62,894 nucleotides of DNA, filler included, from Asterionella formosa (GCA_002256025.1; 15 parts of 15 records of this genome joined end to end with filler, not necessarily neighbours in it), one strand, 5' to 3'. Numbered from the whole stretch's first letter, positions 35,800 to 48,563 are shown. Notes: generated from the letters alone by a model not told the origin. Numbers and translations are program-made.

Positions 35800-37700
35800 T
35801 TAGTTCCTGTGAAATGTCTTGATCTGTTCTGCGCTTTTTTGCCACAGTTGTGCTGTTTTCATTGTTTCACTGGACAGCATTCTAATTGATTGTGCTTCGA
35901 ACAAAGCAATGATCAAAGTCCACCCCACTGCAGAATGGTGAGTGTCAAAACTATTTATCAGCCAGTCGATTAAAATGGGACTGTCTTTTGTTGTGCACCC
36001 TTCCTTGTTGTGTTTGTACATTGACTTGGCAACTGTCAGCCAAGAGCAGCCATGATGATGTTATTCGTATGATTTCGTTCCTTTTTCTTTGTCATGATAT
36101 TTTTCATTACTAACACTTTTTACACCCTTTACAGGACACCATGTCTCAGAGCAGTAGTCATGACAACCAAATAAATGGTTGATCATTGGGCGGTGCTTTG
36201 GAAGACTCAGTGAATTCGGTCAGTGAGAGGTTCCGGTTTTTAATTCCAAGCGCCACAATAAATTTTCAATCGGAGGCAATCAGCCTTGGAAGGTTGTTCA
36301 AGAGAGACTGGGCAATTTGATTTAAGGAAAGCTGGACGTATAAGAACGCGGATCCTGTGAGATGAATCAGACAGAAATCTAGGTTCTGGAATATGCAGTG
36401 GGAGGCACCCTTTTTCGGCTTTATTTATCCTTTCAATGTTCTTGGCCATGGAAACGCAGACTGTAAATCTGATAACAACTTCTAGGACCATTTTGAAACA
36501 GCTCTAATAGTAGAATCGTTATCACAGATGATTGTAGAGTAGACTCCATGCATTGTACTTAGCCACTGCATCAACTATCATTTCCAAACCTGCATCTGGT
36601 TTCATTCTTGCCTTCGAACTACCAGTCACGTGATTCTTGAGGCAACAATGTTTCTTGATTGGCTTCTTTTACCAGGTAGCTCTGTTGCACAAATTACAGA
36701 TCTTTTTTGTGCAGCCACCAATACAAAACGCATCTCCACTTGTGGAGTTGTACTTGTTCCCGCTTGATTGCTGCTGCCAGCCCATATCATAAATAACTAT
36801 CAGGTGCGGCATATTATGCAGCACAGCAGTACATTCGGATTCACTTATGTAGTGATTTCCACCATTGGAAATCACATCATTGATCCGCCTAATTGACTCG
36901 TTCATGAACATCAAGTGTCTGATATATTTCTGCATCGCTGACATGCCTCTTGCATCGCAAGAGCTGCTGTTTCTACTTGTGCCTTTCCAAATAACTCTTC
37001 CACCACACAGAAATTTCCTTGCATTCTTGACCAGTACCCAACTGGAATTGGTAAGTTCATTGCAGAGCAAATGATGTCTGCGTTGCCAGGTCCCATTCCC
37101 GCCTCATGACAACCCAAAATAAACCGTTTGTTGATTGAAAAGGTTTTCGCTTCTATTTCCTTATTTGTTATCTCAACATTGTCTTCGGCGTTCTTGCTTC
37201 TTGTAGATTCGAGTTTAGATATCACTTTCTGACAGGTCAAACAGACGATTTGTATTTCGCTTGATAACCCGAAGTTCTCAGCGGACACAACAATCAACGG
37301 TAGCGGTGGTATGCATGGGATTGTGGAGTCTAGCAAAGCTTGTTCCAAAAAGGATTCACATTTCTTGCTCAGCCATGCTCCTGTGATAGGCCCTATTGCT
37401 ATCAAGGTAAGTTACAAAGTCAAAGACTGTTTGCTTACAATATTCTTTGACATATGTATTAACACAAATCTTGCAAATCACATCTTCATTCAGCATTTTG
37501 GTGAATGAATTACAGTCGAGAAAGTGGTTTCTGCTTGCTTTTCAGAAGGTTGTTGTTCATGTTGGTGTGTAGTAGTCGCTTTGATTGTAGGGGGAGGATG
37601 AGAGAATGCTGTTGGTGACAGCCACTTCCAACTCTGATTGTCATCGCCGATTCTATTTCGACGTCCATGTCCACCAGTTCCAATCTGAGACACAAGATGG
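35800..37700 (-). mobile_element. Decayed Mutator-like (MULE) transposase
   Basis: GLSSEIQIVCLTC, INKRFILG....GMG, YDMGWQQQSSGNKYNSTSG.AF.IG..TKKI, CLKNH..GSSK, SDSSHRIR; broken by frameshifts. Confidence 0.75.
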
Positions 37701-39385
37701 CTACCTCTGGAATGCGGCATATTGCTGTGATGTCTTAAAATATAGAAATGAATTCGATTTGTTACATAAGAATCAACGCAAAGAATGCATGCCACCTCAT
37801 TTCCAATAGATATTGAAATGACATACGTAGGTGGGTTGAAGTATAAATTCTATTAAAATGAATGAAAATAGTAAAATAGTAAAACAAACTTATCACTATT
37901 AGATTGAGAGCGTTTAGAAACAGGTTTGAAGCCAGTGTACATGTCGTTTGGGTCCTTGTTTTTCAATAGGGATCGAACCCCCTTAAAACAACAGTCAGGA
38001 AATTCCATCCAAACACCTCTTCCCACTGGTCCACAGAAAACTCTGATTAGCTAAAACTTGTACAGAAGATTGCAGGCTCTTGATGCCATTATGTCTTTGT
38101 TCTTCAATCAGCTGAGAATGGATTCACCTTCCAAGAAATTTTCCACCAACTCTTTGACTTCATCCCATCAGCACTGGCATTCATGCAACTAGCTAAAATC
38201 ATAGTATTAGCAGAAGATGTGACTCTCACATCGCTCCCTCCAACAAAGCTGACCCTACAATCAACCGGTCTTGGCATGTAGCTAGGACAACTATAATGAC
38301 TGTAGTTGAATTTGTCATTGCCATTGCCATCATTGTGATGTGTAATTTTGCTCATGGTGGTTGATTGTTGCATTTTTTGTTTCTAGCTCATCAACAATAT
38401 TTGATATGCTGCCATATACATTGACTGTATTTTGGGTATATATACATCAAGCGATGTAGAATGTTTATAACAATATTTAGCGAATTTGAAAGGGAATCTA
38501 TGTTCGTTTGCGCAATTTCGTCCACTGATTGAATTTTTTCAAATGTAATCATGTCATTCAAGTTCCTAAAATTCTTAGTTCCCCCAGGGGATTTCGACAA
38601 CCCTAAGCAATATTTTAATTTTGCCGTAGGGTTGAGGAGGGACGTAACCCCAGACAAGCCACGAGGATGGGAATTGTTCCCCCCCACAAGTGTGTACGTA
38701 GACTACAGGATAAATAAGTCCATACAGGCAGTATTGGACGAAATAAGTCGTTGTCCACAGATGACTTCCACTTTCGACAACGGCTTTCTTCGCCTGCTCT
38801 CCATAGTGCTGGTACCAGGTTACCAGGGACTTCAACCAAGGTGGGTGCCCAGTACAAGGTAGCCCAACCTGGTACCTGGTACCTGGTACCATCCCTGGTG
38901 AGTTCCCGTAACAAGGGATCATGCCAAATGCGATGACTGGTTACCTCTAGCATCAGGTAGTCGTGATATGATGAACTCGTGATTCACAGATGACCCTAGT
39001 ACTATCTGTACATTCGTCATCGGCCACAGTTGACTTCAGACACTGATGGAAATGACATTCTTCGCTAGCAGTGCAGGATGACCCTGAAAAGGTGCCTTAC
39101 AAAATTACTCCGAAACTGGGCTTCATGTACCAGCATGATACCGCTACTTGTTTACTACAGACATTGCCCTACCGGTACATACAGATGCAATAGTTCATAG
39201 GGTCCATATGCCAACTGGTAGGGTACCTGGTACCAGGTACAAGTTACTATGAGCCAACGAGCCATTCACACAACACGAATTGTACGCCGGTAACTCACAT
39301 TTTAAGTTTCTTTAAGTCCCCTTCATCCACTTCATTGAGTACACATTTCTAATACACTATCCGCCAAAACTCAACGCACTTTGCC

Positions 39386-39928
39386 ATGACCGCTAGAACC
39401 CTCCGAATGCATGCCGCACTTGAAAATTCCTGTTCTATGAACGAGAACGAGAAGAAAGAAACGATCAAAAATGCCGCGAAAGGAATGAATGTCCATAATC
39501 TTCCAGAGGGCGCCGTGGCATCATCCTTTAATAGTTTGACCAGTGATGGCAGAAGAAGCATTTCATATTCTCTTTACGAGAGAGACCCCGTCAAGAAAAG
39601 TGTTCGCTTCTCAGATGATCTCATTTCAAACGTTTGGGAACGCCCCAGAACTCTCCCTGAGGACAGGAATAATCTATTCTACACTGGTTCCGAGATTACC
39701 AATTTTCGTCGCGAATATCGCTCTCTGATACGCGAGAGACTCAAGCAGCGCAAATCAGCTCTTGATGCTCACCAAGGAACGACACTTGCACCCAAATCCA
39801 CTCTTTCATTTATGTTGGGTTTTATGCAAAGGGCGACACAGCTGACCACAGGCTCATTTTCAATTTCTCCATCGAGTCAAAATCCTGTGGAAATAGCTGT
39901 TTTAGTTGATACAATGTATTTGTTTTAG
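39386..39928 (+). CDS. Hypothetical protein with RVxF-like motif
   Basis: KKSVRFS...VWERPR....LFYT..EI..FR; intact ATG ORF with GGTACC motifs upstream. Confidence 0.65.
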   Translation: MTARTLRMHAALENSCSMNENEKKETIKNAAKGMNVHNLPEGAVASSFNSLTSDGRRSISYSLYERDPVKKSVRFSDDLISNVWERPRTLPEDRNNLFYTGSEITNFRREYRSLIRERLKQRKSALDAHQGTTLAPKSTLSFMLGFMQRATQLTTGSFSISPSSQNPVEIAVLVDTMYLF

Positions 39929-40344
39929 TCTAATCAATAATCTTTCAATTTCTTTGTATCTCTTATCCTTTCAGCATTATTCATCGTTAAGTCTATTTTG
40001 CAAGGTTTAAGCAACTTGAAAAATGAGTTGTCGAAAGATACAGTCATTAAACTGATGTAGTTGGCCTGTATGAATGTACTCCTTGGCAACAAAAAATAGT
40101 TACACTTTCAATATAATGAGGATCACTATAATCAAATTGGACCTACTTTTTGTTAGCTAATAGTATGTCCCAACAGTATGTCGATTGCCAGACAATCCAT
40201 TGACAATGACTTTTCTACAACGTTGATCAATTACTTGGCCGTCCTTCAATTTACAACGGATAGGCTGAAAACTTAAAAAAGTTAGTATGATTTATTGCCC
40301 ATTCGTACTCCCCTCGTTCAAGGCAAGTATTTCATTGTGCTACC

Positions 40345-40535
40345 TGCCGACAAGACCTGTGCTTCCCTAGTTTTTGTAAGCGTAGGTGAGTCTCCAACCA
40401 CCTTTTGCGAAAGGTGATCATCTTAGCCGCAGCGTTGGGGGAAACTCCGATCGCCTAGGAAGGCGGGACAAGCTGCTTGTAGGGGGGCAACCCACTATTT
40501 CTTGCACACCAGGCAAGACCGTGCGGACGGTAAGG
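40345..40535 (+). ncRNA. Candidate structured RNA element (multi-hairpin)
   Basis: Stems ACCTGTGCTT/AAGCGTAGGT, CTCCAAC/GTTGGGG, CACCTTT-TGCG-AAAGGTG, CGCCT/AGGCG, GGG-GCAA-CCC, ACCGT/ACGGT; G-U pairs favour the + strand. Confidence 0.5.
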
Positions 40536-40539
40536 AGTG

Positions 40540-40640
40540 TGGGAGTCGAACCCAACAATTGCTTCTCAAAAAAATTGCGGGAATCGAACCTCACAACCTC
40601 AGATTATAGGCAACGTGATTAGCCATTAAGCCATTCCCTG
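40540..40640 (-). pseudogene. tRNA-derived Pol III cassette (pseudo-tRNA or SINE head)
   Basis: A box TGGCTTAATGG (40633-40623), B box GGTTCGATTCC (40590-40580), T7 run (40574-40568), second B box GGTTCGACTCC (40552-40542); acceptor stem does not pair. Confidence 0.65.
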
Positions 40641-41716
40641 GGTAGACTGAAGCTTAGTTTAAATTTGCCAGAATGCAAAAGATTGGAAAGATAAGAAGAA
40701 CAAGATTATTTTTCATATTAAGTAAATTCGATCAATCCCTTTTTTACAGTCCCCAAAGTTAGAATAGTATGTCAACCCATATGTCAAATATTTTCAAGAC
40801 TAACAGCACTCATTCTGAATGCCAAATTTTTAACATCATTCGCAGTTTCAGTAAATCATCAACATTTCGGTTTAGTGTTTTCTTTGCTGGTGCTACCACT
40901 GTCCATTGCAATTTTCTGTCTCCTACCACTACTCTGTGTTTATGGCTTCTTGTTGTCAATGAAAGCAATGGTCACTTCACCTGGGTACCGTATCAAACTA
41001 ATTAAGGGAAAAATACTTCTTCATATTTGGTCATTATTATCCGAGGACTTGCAGTGGCTCAATCCAGGTGCACATCACCTGTAGTGTTCGACTTGCTGTC
41101 ATCATTGCTACTGTTGGGAAACTACAGTACGCACAGAATTGCATCCAGGGAAATGAAAACACAACCAGAAAACAACACAAGAAAGACCTAATTGTCCTAT
41201 GATATTTGCTACTAGCTTTGAATATTTTTTGCAAGGGTCTCCTATTGGTACCAAAAACAAGGGCAGCAATGTGGGATGAAGCATGGGACCACTAGATAGA
41301 AAAAAGTTATCACATCATCCTGCTAACTAACACACTTACCAGCTTATATGAGATGTTCAAGAAGATAGTACTTGTCCCTATCTGTTTTGATAATGTAACT
41401 TCCTTGCAAGTTGCAATGATGTCGAGAGCGCTACCAAAACTGCTGCTGACATTGCGAACAAAAATGAAATAAGTGCTGATCCTCCTAGTCAAAGTGTTCA
41501 TTTGTTTCCTTCTGCTACAATGGCTTGAAGAAGATGACGTGGATGGAGGTTGAGGGGATGGTAGGGAGAATGCACAGTAGACTACGAGTCATTTGGAGGA
41601 GTGAACACCTTCCATGGACTATCAGAACTTTGCCTGCTCCATTGGCTGCGATTTATGTTGAAATCTGCATCACACTTGATTTTGAGTAAAGAAAGAATTA
41701 GAAGATTGAGCGAATG

Positions 41717-41908
41717 TCCAAAATTAGTAGTTTTGGTCATGGAGGTAGCTGATCCACAAACCTTCCATTGGAGCTCAGGAACTTGATTTTGTGCCAAAAA
41801 TCATTAAATGATTGAGCAGATTTCCAAAATCAGTAGTTTTGGTCATTGTTATGCCTAGCTAGATGGAGGTAGCTAATCCACAAACCCTCCATCGGGGATC
41901 AGGAACAA
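41717..41908. repeat. Imperfect direct repeat (~65-85 bp x 2)
   Basis: ccaaaatYagtagttttggtcat...ggaggtagctRatccacaaaccYtccatYgg..tcaggaac occurs twice. Confidence 0.8.
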
Positions 41909-44230
41909 CTTCACCAAAAACCACCACTGAGGGGAAACCCTTGAAGCCCCTGTCTTTTCTTCTATCTCGATACTTTGATGTAAGGTCCTTTGATTCCATC
42001 CAATTTGGAAATATTTTACCTTCACACCCCTAGAAGGATCCCAATAAAATTGTAGTAGTATCTTCCTTCAGAATTTATCTCAGCTGCTCATCCTTGTCTT
42101 CTTCATTGTACATAGATAGTTTGCAATTATACGAGCAAGACGATTGTTTGAATTAATACATGTTCAGGCATAAGTAGATACCAGGTACAAGTGTCTAGAT
42201 TTTCGAAGCAAATTAATCAATCCTTGTGCTTACAAGCAGCCAGCTGGGGGAAAATGGCTTGATTGGGTTGTACTATCCATTTGATATCATCACATTATAT
42301 TATACACAGTCGAGAATGTTGGACATTGAACTCAAAATATCTGACTAAAAGCCATGCTTGTTGCCCTGTTGTCATGTCCAATTTTTGAAATCCATGTTTT
42401 TTCTTTGGCGAAGGATTCTTCCACCATAGTGGCTTTTCATTTCGTTCTGGTGGCTTTCCTGTTCAATATCTCATTGCCTTTTAGGTTGGAAGAAAAGACC
42501 TCTCCAAGTTGCGGTGTGCCTCATTTTGAGTTGTCAACAATAATTGAAAACAAATGCACCATAGCTAGACCGAAAATGCAATGCAGCTGCTGACATGCAG
42601 CAGTGTACCTAGTAGTAGCCATGAAATTTTTTCCATGATGGCTGATTAGCTGAAATTATAAAATTATACTGCAACTTGAATGTTGACAACAACTTCATTG
42701 ACATGATCGAGATGCATGTATCATGGCTTAGACGATGAAGAAAGATGAATCATAAATTGACAATTATTCTTATGATAGTTGTAAATCAACCTTTTTCTGC
42801 ATGTTCTACTTGAGATACTATCTGAAGGTCACAACTCTATGGGCAGGATTTGCTTAAGAAAACGCATGTACTACTGCTGTACCGGTATGTTGTGCATGTC
42901 AGCCTTTGCATGATAGCCAAGGTACCAGCCAGGATACAGGATTCATATCGTATCCATACATTGGACTACCAGCTCATTATAAAATATTAATAGCGGAATA
43001 TTACTTAGGTTTCACATCCTTAAGGTTTCTGCATTTCAACCCTAAGGCGAGCAAAAATTAAAAAATTGCTAATTGCTTCCTCTCAATCAATAACAGTAAA
43101 ATTGAAAACCATAACTAGATGAAATGTGACTTCCGTTCTCTAATATTTTACATTATTGCACTACTGAAACTTGAATCCATAAATTGGCATTCAACTTGTG
43201 CTTTTTGAATTTTTGCAGTATAGACTGGCTGGTGGTTGATAGGCCAAAGTATCTGGCTTTTCATGAACATCTACAAAGTAGTGCTTTTGTCGAGTTTTGT
43301 GTCTAAGCCCAACTGCTGCCTGTTATCCAGTTAACCATTCCAGATACATCAAAGAATACGCTCCTGTCGTCAAAGGTAACGAAATAGTACTACGATGGCA
43401 AAGGAAATCTAATGAGACATGATAATTACGAAACCAGAATCACTCTGTTACTATACATAGACAGTCTCTTGCTTCTTTGTGCATATCGCCTGCTATGCTG
43501 CGTTTCAATTCTAAATGTATTCTGTTCTCGTTAGAGAGACGATGTAACATAGAAGTAGATTGTGCTGTTCTATAATGGATGTTGTTTAGCTATGATTGAG
43601 GTTGTAACACTGATCGATGCTCCGGTGACAGACCGGAAGTATTCCTCGTCTTGTGTGATGAGCCATTTCGTTTTCACTGGATTTCTTTTCAAGCTCTTAA
43701 CGGATTGCATACGAACATACTGTGCAATGTAGATGATGATTCATTGAGGACATATGATGACTTGGACGACGAATGAAGATTTTATTACAAACACTCGTTC
43801 CTCTTGACATGACTGCTTTGTCGTTGTTGCAAGAGTCAGAGTGAGGACTGGAGAGGATGATTAGCCAAACCACATAAATTTAGACAGTGCGACATTATCC
43901 TACCAAGAAATTTAAATAAAGGAGCCTAATAGAAACAATACAAATAATTATTAAATTTCCATAGTCAAAAGGGTTACTATTTAAATTACGCAGTTTTGTA
44001 CTCATAGTCATAACAAAACGGGGTAATCACACGGTTTGAGACGAATATTTGTAATATTATAAATCTGTATTAGACAAAGTCCTTCCTGTGCATATAAGGA
44101 ACAGCATTGTTCGTACTTGAACACTGCAATNNNNNNNNNNNNNNNNNNNNNNNNNNNNNNNNNNNNNNNNNNNNTTAATTAATTAANNNNNNNNNNNNNN
44201 NNNNNNNNNNNNNNNNNNNNNNNNNNNNNN

Positions 44231-45385
44231 CCTGAAATCGCCTTTGCAGACTCGCTCAGTGGTGGTGAGCCATTGGTGATAAAGTCCACAAACGGGCCAG
44301 CCGCCATGATGGCTGGAGACGTGGCGTTGACAGGGGATGGAAGCAAGGTGTGGTTCTCGGGAATTACTGCCACTACTGGTGTTTGGAGAGATATCAGTAA
44401 TCTGCCGAACCGAGCGAATCCAGGGTCCGCCTCGCTTGCGGTGATCGAGTTGAAAGCCGGCACGAGTGTCCTTCGCACTCCCAAACCCCTACGCCCCGTT
44501 TTCACTCCGCGCAGCATGCTGGTATTGGGTCCTCAATTCACCTACTGTGCTCCAGGTGCAGGAGCGGCTTTCGCCGTCATGAATGACGGCAGGATCGTGG
44601 ATTGGGGGGATGAAGTGCGTGTCGGACCACTGAGCGTGCTTTCAGGAGCGCATCCGATTGAAGCGGATGGGACCATTTTCCAGATCTCGCACCGGAATGT
44701 CTCGGAAGAGCTGGGCGGCGGGGAACTGATCCGAATCTATTCCCTGACTCCCGGTAAACCTCCCTTGATTCTATCCGAAGTTGGACGGAAGCCAGCTCGC
44801 ACTCCCTTTGACGATCCTGAAGACCATCCAAGCGTGATGATTCTTCGGGATGGTAAAATGAGGGTTTTCTCAAATACCGAATATACGTATCAACGGCATG
44901 GACCCAACGCTGCGTCCTACGATTTGAAAGCCGGCGTCTGGGGCGAGATGACCCAAGGCCCTCAATGCGTCAAAGGCGCACAAACTGCCATTCAAACCAA
45001 GTTGAATTCGTTGAATCCGCAGGTGAAGCTACCACGAGGGAAAATCGTCACTTTTTCCAGATGGGGTCGGCCAGGCTTGTTGAGTTTGAATGTGGCCGAT
45101 CGCAAGGAGCCCTTGTTCATTCCTGTTTCGCTTCTGCCACCAGAGGATTTCCCGATCCGTTTCAAGTGCTCCTTCACGATGGCCTCAGAAAAATCCGTCG
45201 TCGAAATGATTCTGTCGGCAAGGGAACTCGCACGTACGGCCTACCATCAACCCTACGTGATTGGACAGAGCGGCGATTCACTGATTGTCACTCTCGGTTG
45301 TCTTGACTCCATCTATCCGATGGTCTGGAAGCTGCCGCTTCGGGAAATCGAAAGCAGGATCATGCGGTTGAGCGGAGGCCAATGA
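44231..45385 (+). CDS. Hypothetical protein, 5'-partial, on a bacterial-like contig
   Basis: Intronless open frame from the contig edge; GC- and CpG-richer than host contigs; no recognisable domain. Confidence 0.6.
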   Translation, partial: PEIAFADSLSGGEPLVIKSTNGPAAMMAGDVALTGDGSKVWFSGITATTGVWRDISNLPNRANPGSASLAVIELKAGTSVLRTPKPLRPVFTPRSMLVLGPQFTYCAPGAGAAFAVMNDGRIVDWGDEVRVGPLSVLSGAHPIEADGTIFQISHRNVSEELGGGELIRIYSLTPGKPPLILSEVGRKPARTPFDDPEDHPSVMILRDGKMRVFSNTEYTYQRHGPNAASYDLKAGVWGEMTQGPQCVKGAQTAIQTKLNSLNPQVKLPRGKIVTFSRWGRPGLLSLNVADRKEPLFIPVSLLPPEDFPIRFKCSFTMASEKSVVEMILSARELARTAYHQPYVIGQSGDSLIVTLGCLDSIYPMVWKLPLREIESRIMRLSGGQ

Positions 45386-46480
45386 GAACAGCCACTCAAG
45401 ATGGGAGTCGGATTGTGCTTCCGTTCAACGTGGCAAAGGAACTCACCTTGTCCTTTTAGGTTCTTCCCGCGATTTAGTGGGTGGCCTCCGGTCGCAGGTC
45501 CAGGCGACCGCAGTAGAAGAGGATTCGGGTGCGATAGTTCGCGAACTTCCTGAAGCCTCTCGCTGCGGCCTTGATNNNNNNNNNNNNNNNNNNNNNNNNN
45601 NNNNNNNNNNNNNNNNNNNTTAATTAATTAANNNNNNNNNNNNNNNNNNNNNNNNNNNNNNNNNNNNNNNNNNNNACATGAAACCGTTAAAAGTAATCTT
45701 TTTTACGTGAAGAGTGGCATTAATGCATGTGAAGTACCACATAATTAACACTCATACGTAGACGAAATTTCGAAAAGTGGCGTATTTCGCGGCTTAGATG
45801 TAGGATGCATTTTCTAATGGTAGTAGTAGTACCACCGTGGCCGTTGCGACAAAGAGCTCAATTCATTTTCGAGAGGCGGCCGTCATAAAAGATTTTCTGT
45901 GCCATGGAGACAGATGGAGTCAATGCCCTCACAGCGAACATTAGCTCCTCTTTGTGGCAATCCAACTCCAATTCATCCATAACGCGATTGTTAGCTAGCT
46001 CCATGAGTACAACAGTTAAGCTTGATGAGAAGGTCTTCAACTTCATGGGCCATCAAATACACTATATTGACAGGAACCTCCAGTAGGCGTATGTAGACAT
46101 TGGGGCTTCGCTGCAGTCGTGTTTGGAAGGATTTGGGAATCTGGAGTTGCAGTAGCGAGAGAATGAGCCATTTTTAACTTTATTGTATTTTCTTAAATTT
46201 TAGTGGGTGGCTTGCCCTTGGATTGTCCCTATCTTTAAAATCATCCACCATGACAAACTTGAATTGAGTTGCTGCCTTGAGCTGATTGCTTGACAAGGTA
46301 CAAGCAAAGGTCTCTTCAAATTGGGAGAGGAAGCAATGAGCTCGAGGCCCATAGGCTGTCCATGACCAACGTTCATGTAGAAGGCAGTTGTAGCCTTGCC
46401 ACAATAGGTTGATCCTAAGCACTCCATGATGATGGCAAAAGTTGTGACAAGGCCTGATTCCATGTCAATCAACTTAGGCA

Positions 46481-46570
46481 TAGTGGGAAAGCAGTTTGGT
46501 TGATATTGTGTTTAGTTTTTCAAAACCCACTAACCTTATCATGCTAGGAAGCACAAGGTCCTCGGCCACC
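46481..46570 (-). repeat. Diverged second copy of the 40345 structured element
   Basis: Minus strand GCCGAGGACCTTGTGCTTCCTAGCATGATAAGGT-TAGTGGG...CCCACTA versus GCCGACAAGACCTGTGCTTCCCTAG...AAGCGTAGGT...TAGGGGG-GCAA-CCCACTA. Confidence 0.55.
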
Positions 46571-46835
46571 CTACCATAAAAAAGTATTTTTAAGGTGCTA
46601 TCATAATAAATAAAAGACTGAAGACTGAAATATGATACGTATTCATGCAATAAATAGTGCTACCGGTACATCATACCAATACACCGGTAAGCAACATGTC
46701 CTGTACCACGTAAGTCCGTTCATTTCTTCATCATCCTCCATATCACCTCCACTAATATAAATTTTAGAACTGTTACTCGGTGTGTCTGATACCAGCATTG
46801 TGCAGTTGCGGCTTATTCTGCATGTATTAGTCAAC

Positions 46836-47019
46836 ATGCCCTCTTGTATGCTCTGCTTCGTTGCATTCCTCTCAGTTAATTATTATCCAGTTCTCTCGTT
46901 TACTGCATCGTTTCAGCCAGGTCTGAATCTCCGTCAGATCTCACTCAATAAAATGGCCAGCGCCGAGGAACAAATGGAGGCGCCATTAAGTGACACTTCT
47001 CTCGATCGATCCACGCTGG
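46836..47019 (+). CDS. N-terminus of a probable plastid-targeted protein (3'-partial)
   Basis: Signal-like MPSCMLCFVAFLSV..PVLS-F, then a transit-like segment; runs off the contig; TACCGGTA upstream at 46661. Confidence 0.45.
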
Positions 47020-47119
47020 NNNNNNNNNNNNNNNNNNNNNNNNNNNNNNNNNNNNNNNNNNNNTTAATTAATTAANNNNNNNNNNNNNNNNNNNNNNNNN
47101 NNNNNNNNNNNNNNNNNNN

Positions 47120-48463
47120 ACCCGGCCGTCGGGCGTGACGCGGTTGACAGCGCACCAGGCGGTGAACAGCGGCGCCAGCGGCGTGACCGGCGCATCGCTG
47201 TGGATGGCCAGGGCCACGCCTTCGTCCAGCGCGCTGCGGCAGGCGTCGATGCGCTCGGCGCGGTCGGGGCCCATGGTCATGGTCACATGCTGGTCGCCCC
47301 AGTACCACACGTGGTTGGCAAACAGGTTGGCGCACAGGCCCAGTGCGCCCATGCGCTTGAACATCGGCCGGTCGATCATCTGGCCGTGCTGCAGGGTGTG
47401 GCGGTGGTCGGGCCGGGGGGCACGCGCCAGCACGCGCTCGATGGCGTCAATCGCCACCTCGCTGGCCTCGTCGCCATTGGTGTGGGTGTGGATCAGCAGG
47501 CCGGCGCGGTGGTAGGTTTCAAAGTCGGCCTCGTACTGGGCCGGGGCCGTCACCCAGATGCCGTTGGCCTCGCCATTCACATAACCCGGCCAGCGCAGGC
47601 GGGCCGAGTAGCCCTGGATCGAGCCGTCCATCATCATCTTGACCAGGCCGAAGCGCAGCTTGTCGGTGCTGGTGGCGGCCAGCGCCTTCACATGCTCGGC
47701 ACCCGCTGCCGCGGCATGCGTGCCGTGGAAGGACTGGAAGGCCGGCAGGATGCGCACCGGGAAGCCGTCGTCCGCCGCCTGCCGGCGCAGCACCTCCAAG
47801 TCCTTGTCGGTCAGGCGGTTGACCATGTCGGTGGCGGTGGTCACGCCCTGCAGGCAGGCGATGGCGCCAAAGGCCCGCAGGCCGCCGTCGGTCATCGGGC
47901 CCTGCAGGCCGGCGCCGCCGATGGTCTTGAACACCAGGTACATGGCCGAGGGCTCTTGCAGCTCGCCATTCGGTTGGCCGGCCAGCGGGCCGCTGGTGTA
48001 CTTCATCACCCCTTCCACCTCGGTGTCGGCGGTGATGCCGGCGCGCTGCAGCATGGCACTGTTGACGTTGAGCAGGTGGCCGTTGGCGTGGGCCACCACG
48101 ATGGGGCGGCGGCCGTTGCCCACGCGATCCAGGTGCTCGGTGGTCATGCGCTCGCCACCAAAGTAGATCGGGTCGAAGCCCCAGCCGATCAGCGGCGCGT
48201 CGTCGGGTTGGCCGGCGGCCACCATCTGCGCGTCCAGCTGGTTCAGCCGGTCGACCACCGCCTGCATCGAGCGCAGGCCCGGCCACACCGTGCCTGAAGG
48301 ATCGCGCCGGTCAAACCAGCCCAAGTAGGGCGCCACCCACATGCTGCCTTCCTTCAAGTGGCAGTGGCCTTCGACAAAGCCGGGCATCAGCACCTTGTCG
48401 CCAAAGCGCGTGTCCAGCGTGTAGGCGCCCCAGGCCTGCATGCGCGCCAAGTCGCCCACCGCC
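47120..48463 (-). CDS. Amidohydrolase family 3 (YtcJ-like), partial at both ends, bacterial contig
   Basis: PGFVEGHCH, GHLLNVNS, NGELQE, KMMMDGSIQG, HTHTNGD, RHTLQHGQ, HSDAPV; very high GC with strong GC3 bias. Confidence 0.92.
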
Positions 48464-48563
48464 NNNNNNNNNNNNNNNNNNNNNNNNNNNNNNNNNNNNN
48501 NNNNNNNTTAATTAATTAANNNNNNNNNNNNNNNNNNNNNNNNNNNNNNNNNNNNNNNNNNNN

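Noticed and set aside
38551..38862. 103-aa ORF as a gene
   Set aside because: No recognisable motif and it runs into a GGTACC array.
40380..40450. Hammerhead ribozyme (TGAG...GAAAC around a stem)
   Set aside because: Lacks the CUGANGA core and a matching stem III cleavage triplet.
47135..48297. Long alternative and antisense ORFs
   Set aside because: Shadow frames of a high-GC gene.
44231..48463. Bacterial genes as a horizontally transferred island
   Set aside because: Each occupies its own contig with no host junction.
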